Of a stretch of DNA of 64,000 nt, positions 14,866 through 27,713 are shown one piece after another. A model generated the notes under the pieces. The model was not told the origin of the DNA and did no database searches. It saw only the letters and a program-made list of their open reading frames with translations. The DNA comes from Eledone cirrhosa (lineage: Eukaryota). A program made the translations under genes and the position numbers. Location of the stretch: NCBI GenBank assembly GCA_964016885.1, contig OZ024743.1:204352001-204416000 (forward strand), in the 5' to 3' direction. Positions within the stretch are counted from its first letter, which is position 1, and each line of letters starts with the position of its first letter.

Positions 14866-16887
14866 CTGTAATCAGTAAAGTAATCCATGATACATTTAAT
14901 AAAGACGATATTATATATAAATTGCATTACGGTGAAATTTTATGAAAACAAAAAGGAGAAAATTAGTGCCAGAAATATAAAACTTATATAACAATGCAAA
15001 TATATGAACGTTTACATAAGCGATCTAATAAGTGTTATGACATAACAGATGCTAAGCAGAAGTGTAGACATTTGAAAATTTTAAAAGAAGTGAATCTTAG
15101 AATAAACAATCATTATATATAAGAAAATTTATGTTTAATTAACAGCTACGAAATTTAGTACAAAAATTATGTAATATTCATCCATTATTTAATCAAATTA
15201 ATCTAAGTTATTTTACTAACAGGATAAAAACATATATTCATGATGCAGTCCCGCACTCCTCCTTTTATTTTATTATGATACTTCATAAGTCACGTGTTTA
15301 TGATGTGCATATGCCATTTATATGGTAGTGCTTTTGATATAAGTAACCGTTCCATGATTAAATGACTATTTAACCATTAAATGTGAAATTTACATGAAAG
15401 TCTCAAATACCTGAATTATGAAGTAAAGAAATATTAATTGAAATTCAAATTGAAAGAAAGCATTCATGAAATTTAATTAGTAATGAATTTAAAGTTCGAA
15501 ATAAATTAACATTCAGGTACATCAGCTAAATAAAAAACATGCGATTGTTTTATCTTATATACAACTGCTTTTATATTGTACTTTGGATTATTTTATTTAG
15601 AAATTTATGATTATATATGTAAAACATTTAGTGTATTTTTGACCATTTTTATTTTTTTCCCTCTCTCCGAGTGTGAAAACTGACACTTAATTATCTCACA
15701 TAATATCGAATCTATGAGATTTTGATATTATTTATTTTGAAAACAATATAAATATTAGCAACCGGTTACACCCAGTTACAGCCAGTTTGAACAGTAAGAA
15801 GTGAGAGAATTCTGGTTGAATACAGCTATTTTGAATGCTAAATAATGAAGTTGTATACAATTTGTATACATGTTTAACCTGTTTTTATAGTTTCCATGTA
15901 AATCTCAATCTTCATGTTGCAACTTGTGTTTATAATGAATCCTTCATTGAAAGCCAGAGTGGCAAATAAATTAAATCATCTATCTATTTATATACTACTA
16001 AAACTCTGTGATTGTTTGCTTGCTTGTCTGTAATGTAATACAGCAAAAAGGGTGCATAATGGGAAAATACTTTGAAAGGAAGTTGACCCTCAAATGGGAA
16101 TACAAATGAAATAAATCAAATTTCGCGTAAATCGGAGGACAAGTTCCTAAGATATGGGATTTTTCCGGGTACCTTCAGAAACAGAGAGAGAGAGAGAGAA
16201 AGAGATAGTAGTTGTGAGAGAGTAAATTGAAAGAGAGACATAGCGAGAGGGAGAGGAGACAGGGAAGGAGAATGGAAGAGAAAGAGAGAGCTGTAGTGTT
16301 GTTGTATATATCTCCCTCTCTCTCTCTATATATATATATATATGAGTAAGTTAAACAATTTTTCACTTCTTATTGTGTTTTTCTTTTGATATGCACTCTT
16401 TTTCCTGCTACTAATTTTGTCTTTTAAGTTGTGAATTAGACTGGTTATCTACGCACGTGGCTGACACATTTCAGCTCGCTACTATATTGGTATATAATGG
16501 ATGATCGCATTTAATGTCCGTTAAAGGTTCTGGGCACTACCATTGTTACCATCGCTTTCCTCTAGCCATGGGGCTTGGAGACATGAATCGAATGCTACCA
16601 TTCTATTTTATATCAATGTGAACTGCTATTTCTAATAGCCATCTTTTCACCCCTTGATAATTTGTGTGTGAGACACGTTGGCTGAGGGCTTCTGACAGGA
16701 ACTAATAGATTGATTCTTTTTAGCTTCCCGTCCCCACGTAAAATTTGTAGATCAGTGGCTAGTTGAGAGATAGAGTCCTATCAGTTGCCAGTTAATCGCT
16801 TTACCATGTCGGTTGTCACAAACAGTCATGACCGGCACGGGCCGGTGTTTGGATTTTGTTGATCGATTGTTTATTGATTAGGCGATA

Positions 16888-16996
16888 CCCGCTGATGAAG
16901 CCGCATAAGCCGATTGCGTATTGTTGCATAATATATGCAGACAGATGGTGCAGTGCACCTTACTGCTGCGTTAATGCTGCAGAACTCGAGTCCGGG
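16888..16996 (+). ncRNA. Near-canonical type I hammerhead with long stem II (core one A short)
   Basis: cccg-CTGATGA-[gc.gcat...atgc.gc]-GAAC-tcga-GTC-cggg; palindromic stem-loop III actcgagt; copy at 39333-39441. Confidence 0.6.
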
Positions 16997-17250
16997 AACC
17001 TTATAGGCACCCGTTTTACGTGTGTTGTGTTGAGGCAAATAACTATGTGTATACTCTGGTAATGTATCTTGCATTGCCCATTGAGTGCGCTGAGATACAA
17101 CCGGTACTGGCATTGATAAATATGCTGGGTCCGTCAACCCTTATTATATATATATATATATGTAGGAGGTGAGTTTTATTGTAGTACAATAAAGCAATGC
17201 AGATATCGGATAAGAAGCACTCTACAGTTTGTAGGACTGGAGTATACATA

Positions 17251-20200
17251 ATATAAGATCAAAAGATGGTTAAAGGAGTTCCATGTATTTTATTATGCGC
17301 ATAGTACAATTCGAGGAAGAATTAACTAAAATAATAAAAAATCTTAAATTCAAGAGATACCCTTACAAAGGACAAGAGCACCTTGTAAATCTCAAGAATA
17401 CAATCTCTAACCTAAATTCCTCAAAAAATGTTTTAGTCCACTCTGACAAAACCAATAACTTATATGGTATTTCCAAGGATAATTATAACAACCTTATCCT
17501 AAAGGAACTTAGGAAAAAGTATCGTAAAACCAACCATGAAAATTTAGAATACATAAACCTTGAAGCCTCTGAGATTATGTCAAAACTTGGCATTGAAAAA
17601 AAGACCGAACCATTCCTCCCAAGAACTCCGAGGATAAATCTCAAGGATCACAAAAACAATTTTCGCACTGAACTACCTGTTAGATTAATCGCCCCCTCTA
17701 AATCTGATCTGGGGGTTGTTAGTAAAGCCATCTTGGATAGAATTATCCCACAGGTTAGTTCTAATTGCTCTTCTTTGAACCTAAATTTATGGTTTGGTAC
17801 TTCTGAGGTGATTGGCTGGTTCAACAAATTGGATAATAAAAACAAACTAAAATTTATTCAATTTGATATTGCCAGCTACTATTCCTCCATTTCGCCTTCA
17901 CTTCTCAATAATGCTCTATCTTTCGCACTTAAATATTCTGACATCACCACAGATGAACTTCACATCATCCTCACCGCACGTAAAACCATCCTAGAGTTCA
18001 ACAACGAATATTGGACCAGAGCCGATACCTCTAACAACTTCGACATCACAATGGGAGCATCCGATTCATCCCAATTGACTGATTTAATTGGTATCTTCAT
18101 TTTGAACTCTTTGAGTCGGAAAATTCCTCAACTTCGCGGTGGAATTTATCGTGACGATGGACTCTTTACTATCCTAAATTGCAATATAGTTAACCTTAAT
18201 ATTATTAAGAACAATATACGTAATCTCTTTAACCAACATAACCTAAAAATTGAATTTGATAATAGTATCAAACTAGCTAATTTCTTGGATGTATCTCTTA
18301 ATCTTGACACTGGCCTATATTACCCTTACCATAAAAACAATGAGAACCTAAATTATGTTAACTTTAAATCTAACCATCCTACCAATATCAAGAATGCTAT
18401 AGTTAGTAATATTGGAAAAAGAATATCTAACATATCCTCTAATAAAAACATCTTTGATGCTAACGCCAATTACTATAATAACGCACTTTCTAAAGCCGGC
18501 TATCCAGATAAAATCAAATATAGTAAAGAAACAAATTCTAGAAAAACTTGCAGTAGAATAATTAATCATGATCATTCCAATAATTTTAATAAAAGACCTA
18601 GATACAAAAACATAATCTAGTATAATGCTCCTTTCTCCATCTCTATTAATAACAATATTCCTAAATTATTTTTTAGTGCCTTAAATAAATGCTTCCCCCC
18701 CTCACATATCTATAGTAAAATATTTAACAAACACACCATCAAATTTTCTTATTCTACATCCTCCAATATTTCCAACATCATCTCTAAACACAACAATAAA
18801 ATACTAAATACTAAATCTCTTCCTTCCAACATTGAATTTTATAATAACAGTAATAGTACTCCCGACGTCATTGTAAACCCTAGGCTAACTTCTGTAAACC
18901 CAAATACAACGTCAAACACAACTTCGCTAAATGTTCATAATCCAACTCTAAATCAAGAAACTATTATTCCTATTATTCCTATCGCAAACAACTTCTCCAA
19001 TCCAATTCCTTCTATAGATAACATTAGGTCACTCATTAATAATCTCTCTAATTGCAACTGCCGCATTAAAAATAAATGTCCTCTCAACAACCATTGTCTC
19101 GATAAAAACTTAATTTATGAATGTAAAATTATAACTAGCACCAATTCCTTCACCTATTTTGGCTCCACTTCCACCTCTTTTAAAGCTCGTCTCTATAATC
19201 ATCATTCATCTTTCAAATACAAACTTAAAAGAACCAACACTGCTCTCTCAGAACTCATATGGTCCTTAAAAGACAAAAACATTAATTATACCATCTTTTG
19301 GAAGAAGGTTTCTTCTGCATCCTCATACTTGAACAGCTCTCTATCTAAAATCTGTAATCTCTGCCTAAATGAAAAATTTACCATTATCTCTAACCTAGAT
19401 TCTATAATAAATAGACGTACAGATTTGTTTTCTATCTGCCTGCATAAATTCCATAGGACTTTTCACAAAGTATACAGTTAATATTCAATTCTTTATCAAT
19501 TTAGAATCTTTTCTCAAAGGCACATATACATACACCTCTTTAAAATATACCCATCTTCCTACCTTACTTTAAAGGGCATTATACACTCTATAATACTTGT
19601 TTACTCATTACCCTCATTCTATCTTCACCTTGTAAAATCCTTCATAACATATACATTTGTTTTTTTGACGTTAGAATATTCATCCGCAATTATTATTATT
19701 TTTTCTCTCTATCATAAATCTTTTTAATCTCAATTTCATCCTTAATTTATTATTTTTTTCTCCCCATCAACGAACTCATTCTTAATACATATTAACTCTT
19801 TATTCGCATATATTATCAATTCCTTCAATATACAAACTTTAACTTCACATTATTTTTCTCAAATCCTTCTACACACAAACCTTAATAATTTTTCTCTTCG
19901 TTAATTTTGAAATTGCCACAATACTTATCAACATACACTTTTTTTGACGTTAGAATATTCATCCACAATTATTATTTTTTCTCTCTATCTTCATACATAA
20001 ATTCCCTTCGTTAATTTTCAAATTCCTTTAATTTATACATTATCTTCCAACGGTTCTCAACCTCTCTATGTAAAACTATATATCTTTTTCTCAGTTATAA
20101 AAACTATCTCTTTCTCTCTATCACCCATCTCTCCCTCTCCACCTTCACTCTCATCTCCTCCCTCTTTTTTCATCCTCCCCCCCCCCTCCCTAAATAAAAT

Positions 20201-20611
20201 ATTTTTCCTCGCACATATCCTCCCTTCGTTAATTTTCAAATTTTTTTAATTTATACATTATCTTCCAAAGGTTTTCAACCTCTCTATGTAAAACAATATA
20301 TCTCCTCTCAGTTATAAAAACTATCTCTTTCTCTCTATCACCCATCTCTCCCTCTCATCTCCTCCCCTTTTTCATCCTTTCCACCCCCCCCTCTCTAAAT
20401 AAAATATTTTTCCCAATATCACACATCAATCTAAAACCACTTTTCATATGTTGATTTAAAACTGCACTATCCACAAGTGTTTTTTAGCCTTCATATCATG
20501 TTCTCCTGTTTTATCTGATGAAAACACAAATATTATTGCATGATGATGTTTGTTTTTGATATGCGCATAATAAAATACATGGAACTCCTTTAACCATCTT
20601 TTGATCTTATA

Positions 20612-20612
<1 letters not shown>
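17251..20612 (+). mobile_element. Penelope-like element (tentatively Nematis-like), RT + GIY-YIG, 5'-truncated with inverted terminal segment; copy 1
   Basis: SDKTNNLY; FDIASYYSSI; MGASDS; GGIYRDDG; CNCRIKNKCPLNNHC; LIYEC..YFG..RLYNH; CNLCLNEK. The frame runs to 19481 with one TAG at 18618. 17251-17303 is the reverse complement of 20560-20612. Confidence 0.93.
20509..20575 (+). ncRNA. Hammerhead-like motif at the PLE 3' end (GAAA changed to GATA)
   Basis: ttttat-CTGATGA-aaacacaaat...gtttgttttt-GATA-t-gcgc-ATA-ataaaa; copy at ~42956-43022. Confidence 0.6.
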
Positions 20613-20667
<55 letters not shown>

Positions 20668-20742
20668 CTATGACCAGTGTACATAGATCACAGACACCCA
20701 CATATATATATATATATATATACACGCACACACACATACATT

Positions 20743-21283
20743 ATCATCATCATCATCATTTAACATCCTTCTTCCATGCTATGGGTTGGACGGTTTTGTC
20801 CCACTTGAGGCGAGATTGGTCAGGAGACCGTGTCTCGCTGGTACAGAACTGTCGCTGGCAGGTTTACTATGGCTGGATGCCCTTCCTAACACCAACCACA
20901 TTTACAGTATGGACTGGCATCCTTTTTACCGTGTCTCCTACATGACCACTTTACAGTGTGGACTGGGTGCTTCTTGTTGTGTCACCTACACGACCGCTTT
21001 ACAGTGGATGGAAATAGGAGGATGGAGTAGGGGATGTGGCCTGGGGTGTATATTGGGTTAAGAGGTGCCTACTGACTGTAGGTTTAAGTTTGTATGCAAG
21101 GGAAGGGGTGTTTTCTGTATAACTGCATAGCGCCAAAGATCTCGATCCAGTGATATTGTCTTAGAGAGGTGTAAGTGAGCAAGGTCAGTTTTTATCAACT
21201 CGTCCCAAGTTTTTCTTGGTCTAAGCACTCCGTAACTTCCATCAATTTTGATCGCCCTGCACATTTTTATACAACTGTTGTCC
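20743..21283 (-). mobile_element. RTE LINE 3' fragment (copies at ~43195-43735 and ~46703-47243)
   Basis: CRAIKIDG...RPRKTWDELIKTDL...DRDLWRYAV; 3' UTR matches 62340-62700; (GAT)n tail. Confidence 0.85.
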
Positions 21284-21912
21284 TACACCAGGAGAAAGGT
21301 AGGAACAGCTGTAAAAATGCATCATGATCAACATATATAGAAAGTAGAAAGAGCCACATCTGTTGAAGCATAACAATATCTGTAGAAACATACAAACACC
21401 TGTAGAAAGATAGCAGCATATATAAAAAGTTGTACTTATATTTAACTATAAAGTATCATAGAAAACATTGATTTTTTCACACTATTAGAGAAGTGATTAG
21501 ATAGAGCTCAATATTTTACTGGTAAATATATTTTATTGACTCAGGAGGACTAAAAGCCAAATATACACCTATTATGATTTGCAGCACAGAAATATAAAAA
21601 GTCATGCCTCAATTAAACACTGTATCTAAGATGGGAAATATTGATTCGTTCTGACTAGAGAAAGAGTATAATCAACTAATTTTACTCTGGGATATTACAG
21701 GTGAAGGCACATTTAAGCAAGATACTTTATTTCATGCTGCTCCTTCTGCCTGGATTTGTGACCAGTAAATAGTATTAGCAATTGGAAAGACCAATAGAAA
21801 CATTGTTTTCTCAGTCCGATTTGACAAGGTTTGCGATCTTGTTGATCGACTGTCGATATTACAGGTATTTATTCTAGTAATACTCAGGAGTGGATGGGTG
21901 TGGAGGCAATTA

Positions 21913-22116
21913 CTGTATATACTCGAATATAAGCCAATTCAAATATATGCTGACCCCTTATTTTATGTCTGAGAAATAGGTGAAAATCCAAACCCTACTT
22001 ATAAACTGAGGCAGCTAATCAACACATTGTTTAGATAGCGTATATAAGCCAACCTCCCATTTTACCACAGATTTTTTTTTATACATATTCCTCAATTTAT
22101 ATTTGAGTATATATGG
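21913..22116. mobile_element. Tc2/pogo-like MITE with TA target-site duplication
   Basis: ta-CTGTATATACTCGAATATAAG ... TTTATATTTGAGTATATATGG-ta imperfect TIRs; copies near 44365 and 47873. Confidence 0.6.
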
Positions 22117-23110
22117 TAAATATGAGCTCAGAATGAAGAAAGATGTAAGTAAATATTTTAATTCTAAGTTTTGGAGAAATGATATATATACTAATTCAAG
22201 ATGGACTACAAACAATACAAACATGAAGAACAGTAATGAGATATACCAACAAAGCAATGGCGGTATCAGGAAATCAATGAGATGAACTAATGATAAACTA
22301 ATCAACTGATTAACAAGACAGAAACGTCTGGTGGAGAACTTGTAAATTAAATAAGGAAACTAGCAACAGAATTATACCAGAGTAGACAAAAAGACATTAC
22401 TGAGAGTGAGAAAAAATTGTCAGAGCACTATAATAAATTTAATGATATAAGGATATGATATATTGAAATAATGATAACATACAATGATATAACAACAACA
22501 ACAATAATAATAATGGTTTCTCATTTAGGCACAAGGCCAATGTGTATACACACACATTTATATATATACATACACACACGTATATATGTGGGCCTTCCAG
22601 TTTCATTTCACATTATATACATGTCTGTGTACATTTTAATTATTCAAAAATTAATTTTAAGTGAACATGATTTTTTTTAATAGAACGTGGTCCAACGGGT
22701 CACAGCTGGTCTAGTTATTATTATTATTTATTTACCAAAGCAATCTGGCTTATTTATAGAAGCTCCACTGAAGATTTCTCTCCCCTATCTCACATCCATA
22801 ATGAATCTAGGCCACGTAGAGACTGGTGGAGTCTATGTACATTTCCTCTATTCATACCAGTAAGTTCAGTTAACTACGAAATAGCAAAGCACACAGTTAT
22901 TCAGCATGTTCTACAATGTTAAGACTACTCACAACAGTGATAATTTGCTGCCATACCATACTTACATACAGATAGCTTCAATGTACATTTGAAAGTGAAG
23001 TGTTTGGTCAGCGATTGTTTGAAAAAAACGTCTGTCACACTATCTATGGTAGATATGTGCTGATTAAAACAACAATAACAAGAGCATAAACAAGAAAAGT
23101 AAGGTCTTAC

Positions 23111-23253
23111 CATCCCTATTTTTACACAATTTCTCTGTGGCAACCATTAAACTGGGATTGATTCCGTATAATTCCATGTATTCCTTAATTTCATGGCACG
23201 CAGTAAAATCTTTTATGCAAGTAGTCAATGTTTTCTTTTGAATTCCATCCGTA
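23111..23253 (-). CDS. Candidate exon (phase 2-1) of the Cys-rich gene
   Basis: tttctag|t...gatg|gtaaga; 143 bp open: TDGIQKKTLTTCIKDFTACHEIKEYMELYGINPSLMVATEKLCKNRD; splices in frame to exon 32892-33027. Confidence 0.6.
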
Positions 23254-23499
23254 CTAGAAACAGATTTAAAGTTAGACTGAAATGCATGTGACTTGATTTG
23301 ATTTCTAGTTTCATGTATGCATGATCTGTGTTAGCATTAAGAAAAACACCAGAGAGACAAATGATCAACCAAATTATACAATTTGTAATATTTGCCGTGA
23401 GAAAAAGTACAGGTAGAAAATATAAAGCTTCAAGTATTCCCCACTGCAGACAACGTATTTCGAAACATCATTTAGATGTCATTAATTTAAGTATTAGCA

Positions 23500-23812
23500 A
23501 CACATTGAAGTCAATTTAATCTACTAAACGTGTCTTCTACCAAACTTTAACTTCCTAGACATTAATTTAGATCTAAGTCCATGCACAAACAGACTATTCG
23601 GTAAACCCAGTGAAAATCTTAAGTTCATTCATAAGGACTCTAGTCACCCTGTCCCCACTACATCAGCAAGAGGATATCCAACCTCTCTTCTAGCAAAGCC
23701 ATTTTTAATAGGGCAGCCCTAAGCAACAGCGGCTTCTCTGAGAGAATCACTTACTCTCCAGATCACCGCCTTATATCTAGCAAGAAAAAACCTAGACATA
23801 AAGACATCATGT
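23500..23812 (+). mobile_element. Degenerate PLE RT-thumb fragment (inverted partial copy at 31129-31260)
   Basis: NFLDINLDLS...KPSENLKFIHKDSSHP..ISKRISNLSSSKAIFNRA/ALSNSGFSERITYS..KKKPRHK, homologous to the PLE at 17251. Confidence 0.75.
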
Positions 23813-23830
23813 ATAATATATATATATATA

Positions 23831-24169
23831 TATCGGTTTCAGCATCATATGCATCGTTAAATGCGGGTATGCAGAATATTGTTAAGTTGCATATTTGTAC
23901 AAATAGTGATGAAAATAATAGTAAAAATAAAAAGGGGAAGAAAAATAAATTTTCATATACATGTTCATATACTGTCACAACCAAGCTACTAACAGAGATG
24001 GATGGACAGGGAAATGAACTCTCTTCTCTGAATGAACATGTATGTGAAAATAAATTTTCCTTCCCCTTTTATTTTTTATTATTATTTTTATCACTATTTG
24101 TACAAATATGCAACTTAACAATATTCTGCATATCCGCATTTGACAATGCATATGATGCTGAAACCGATA
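23831..24169. repeat. Fold-back: ~135-bp inverted arms around a ~65-bp spacer, carrying a degenerate U3:A8 hammerhead (24131-24178 +)
   Basis: 23831-23969 is the reverse complement of 24032-24169; TTGACAA-tgcat-atg-atgct-GAAAC-cg-ATA; flanked by (TA)n. Confidence 0.75.
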
Positions 24170-24256
24170 TTGTAAATAAGTTAATGTTTTGATATTTCAC
24201 TGAAAAAATCTCTTCAACATTTTCAACTGAAAAAATGTTTTTCCTTTCTACTATTT

Positions 24257-24374
<118 letters not shown>

Positions 24375-24471
24375 TTGAGGTTGGTAATGGCACATGGAAT
24401 ATATAAGAGACAGAATACTTTTTTGTGAAAAAACATAATTTTATAAGGTAAGGAAATAATAAAGGGTATAA

Positions 24472-24519
24472 AAAATGACCGGTTTCGATGGGTCTGCAAA
24501 AGCCATCTTTTCAAATGTT
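24472..24519 (-). ncRNA. Type I hammerhead, U3:A8 variant (left arm; further copy at ~46115-46162)
   Basis: Reverse complement of 30916-30963. Confidence 0.75.
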
Positions 24520-24979
24520 GATTAATATTAAGAAAAATTAATAATACGAAGAGTTAAAATTTGAGACTTGAAAATTCAAGTATAAAATTCATTGTGGGAT
24601 TTCATAGCAGTTTTCATCTTGGTAGCAACAACAGGTTGACTGCTGTGTCCCTTTCTGGTAGTGAATGAGAAGTTATTTGGGGTGTGGGTTATTTTATAAA
24701 GGTCAGATTTAGCAATCACCAACTGGCCAGCTGCTGGTCAGTGAGGGGGTGGAAGCAATATACATACACATATCTTCCTGTGATGGGTAGGAGAGTGGAG
24801 CGTGATAGAAAGGGATTTAGTGCACTTACACCTATATATACACACATACCTTCATCCACACATACATACATATACATATACATATATATATATATATATA
24901 TATACATATACACACATACATACACACACACATACATATACATACACACATACACACACACACATATATATATACACAT

Positions 24980-25036
<57 letters not shown>

Positions 25037-25077
25037 TATATATATACATACACATACATCCAGATACACACATACAT

Positions 25078-25133
<56 letters not shown>

Positions 25134-25665
25134 CCACACATACATACACACACACACACATATATATATACATACACACATAAAAACATACACACACACA
25201 CACACATATATATACACACACATACACACACATATATACACACACACACACACACACGCACACACAATACATACATCCACATGCACACACATACACACAC
25301 ACACATATACACATACATACACCCACACACAGAGAAATGGCCTTCAAATATATATATATATATATACATACAGACACATATATTTTTTCCATAATATAAG
25401 AAGTTGGGGCAGTGAAATTAAAATACAAGTCATTCTGATCACATTGAGTTCTTCATGTAGATTGGGCCCCGCAACCGACAGTGGTGAATTCTGTGTGCGC
25501 ATATATATATAGATATATGTGTGTGCACGTGCAGGGTTTAACATGGATGTGTTGGTCACACAAAGGCATGGTCTGTCAATGAATAAACCTGATTCTACAG
25601 AATTGGTCTCTGGTCTTTAATAGTAGTGATTCCGTGCGTATGTGTGTTTATATTTTATGACAATT

Positions 25666-27705
25666 CTATTGGGGTGATAACCCGTTTAGTTTTGGTTTAA
25701 ATTTGTTAAAGAATAGATTTTCTTTGTTTATTCTTTGTTGCTGTGTGAACGAATCTGAGCACTTGTAGAAGGGGAAGATTTTAAAGTTGGGTAGTATCAT
25801 TCCTGCGCAGTTCGCAATATGGCTGCTCAAGGGGATTTTTCTTGTGTTAGCGTCCCGGATTTGTTGGCGGTGGATGGTCATTCTTTTGCGTAATGAGGTG
25901 CCCGTCTGTCCTATGTAGTTGTGTTTGCACCCACCGCAAGTTATTGCGTAAATCAAGTTCTCCGAGTTGCAGGTGAAATTGTTTTTTACTGTAAATGTTT
26001 GGCCATCTTTGAATGTAAATGTTTGTCCTTCAGTGAGGTAGAGGCACGTTCCACAGTTTGTTCTACCACATTTGGTAACTGTAGGGTTGAGGATTGGTTT
26101 GGGTATATTTGGTCCAGTGAGAATGCGTTTAAGTGATTTGGGTTGTCTTTTACTTTTAAGGATCTTGTGTGTTTCAAGAATAGACTTCATTTTTACATCT
26201 TTAAGTAGGATGGGGAGGTTTTTGTGTAGGTGATCAAACATTTCGGTATTTCTGGGGTTGAAAGTGGATACATATGGCAGGGTGTTGAGTGTGGTTTTCT
26301 GTTTTGGATTGTTAAGTTGATGGGGATTTAGGTGTTTTGCCCTGTCTATTCCATTGTTGATTATTTCAAGTGGAAAGGCTCTTAAGATAAGGGTGTCTTT
26401 TAGTTCCTTTAGTCTTTGCTCCCGTTTAGGTGGATCTGATACTATGGTACATATACGTTTGGCCAAATTGTAAGGAATGTTAAGTTTTGTATGTTTTGGG
26501 TGACTTGATGTGAAAAAGAGGTATTGCTTGGAATCTGTGGGTTTATAGAATATATCTGTATCAGAGATGAGAATATCCAAGAAGGCTAATTCCTTAGGAT
26601 TGGATTCCATTGTGAATTGTATGTTATTATCTATGTTGTTTATCATGTTTTTAAACGTAGTAAGTGAGTTCATGTCTTCTTGCCATAGGATAAAGCAGTC
26701 GTCTAGATATCTTTTCCAATTGGCTTTGAGGTGTGTGTGGAAAGAGTCTCCAAATAAGAGAAGGGACTGACTGTATATTTGTTGTTCATGGAATCCCATG
26801 ACTAGGTTGGCATATGTGGGTGCTACTTTCGTGCCCATTGCCGTACCTGATACTTGTCTGTATGTTGAACCATTGAATGTGAAGTAGTTATTTTGTAGGA
26901 TAAAGCGGAGTCCGTCAGTGATAAAATCTGTGTTGATGCGTGTCGGTATTTCTGATGGGTGTGTGTTAAGCCAGTATTGGACTGCTGTTATTCCATAGTT
27001 GTGAGGTATGTTTGTGTAGAGGTTTATTACGTCAAAGGAGACAAGAATTGTATTTGCACTTACTGTTTTAGGGAGGTGTTTCAGCATGTCAAGGTCATCT
27101 CGTATGTAGCTCTGTATATGTTGTAGAAAGGGTTTCAGTAGGATGTCCAGAAAGTTGCTAAGTCTGTGGGTTTCACATGTAGGGCCTGCTATAATTGGCC
27201 TGAGTTTTAGGTCTTCTGGTGGTGTTAGTTCAATGTAATTGTTGGTTGAGGTGTCACATGCATCGTTTATGGGTTTACATTTGTGAAGTTTCGGTAACCC
27301 GTAAAAAGAGCTTGTATTGCATTTGAAGTGGCTTATATAGTTAAACTCTTTTGTGGTTAAGCTGTTGCGGTATTTATTCAGTAAGGTCAAAAGGTTCCCC
27401 ATTGTTTTGGTGTGTTTGTAGTTTTCTGTTTTTTCATAGTATGTGTTGTTTTCTAAAATGTTAAGTGCGAGGGTCCTATAGTAGTCCGTATTCATAATGA
27501 CAACAGTACTGCCTTTATCGGCTTCTTTGATAGTTATCTCAGGGTTGTTTCTAAGTGTGAATAATTCTTCCCATTCGTGTGTAGATAGGTTTGATTTCGT
27601 GTGTTTATTTGTAATTTTTTCATAGGGAAAGTTGGTGATGTGTTCGCAGTACGTGTCCAGTGCTTTATTTCTTCCCTTTTGTGGGCAGAAATTGCTTTTA
27701 TAAAA
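25666..27705 (-). CDS. PLE RT + GIY-YIG polyprotein, 5'-truncated, otherwise open
   Basis: Translation identical to the right arm apart from residues at the palindrome centre. Confidence 0.85.
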   Translation of the reverse strand, partial: FYKSNFCPQKGRNKALDTYCEHITNFPYEKITNKHTKSNLSTHEWEELFTLRNNPEITIKEADKGSTVVIMNTDYYRTLALNILENNTYYEKTENYKHTKTMGNLLTLLNKYRNSLTTKEFNYISHFKCNTSSFYGLPKLHKCKPINDACDTSTNNYIELTPPEDLKLRPIIAGPTCETHRLSNFLDILLKPFLQHIQSYIRDDLDMLKHLPKTVSANTILVSFDVINLYTNIPHNYGITAVQYWLNTHPSEIPTRINTDFITDGLRFILQNNYFTFNGSTYRQVSGTAMGTKVAPTYANLVMGFHEQQIYSQSLLLFGDSFHTHLKANWKRYLDDCFILWQEDMNSLTTFKNMINNIDNNIQFTMESNPKELAFLDILISDTDIFYKPTDSKQYLFFTSSHPKHTKLNIPYNLAKRICTIVSDPPKREQRLKELKDTLILRAFPLEIINNGIDRAKHLNPHQLNNPKQKTTLNTLPYVSTFNPRNTEMFDHLHKNLPILLKDVKMKSILETHKILKSKRQPKSLKRILTGPNIPKPILNPTVTKCGRTNCGTCLYLTEGQTFTFKDGQTFTVKNNFTCNSENLIYAITCGGCKHNYIGQTGTSLRKRMTIHRQQIRDANTRKIPLSSHIANCAGMILPNFKIFPFYKCSDSFTQQQRINKENLFFNKFKPKLNGLSPQ

Positions 27706-27713
27706 GAAATTGC

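Noticed and set aside
22130-22440. Possible R4/Dong-like LINE remnant ('IRKLATELYQSRQKDI')
   Set aside because: Too degenerate to support from the sequence alone.
27660-27713. N-terminus 'MLYFFPFVGRNC' of the 697-aa ORFs as a real start
   Set aside because: It is the antisense of the opposite arm read through the palindrome centre, starting at GTG; the element is 5'-truncated.
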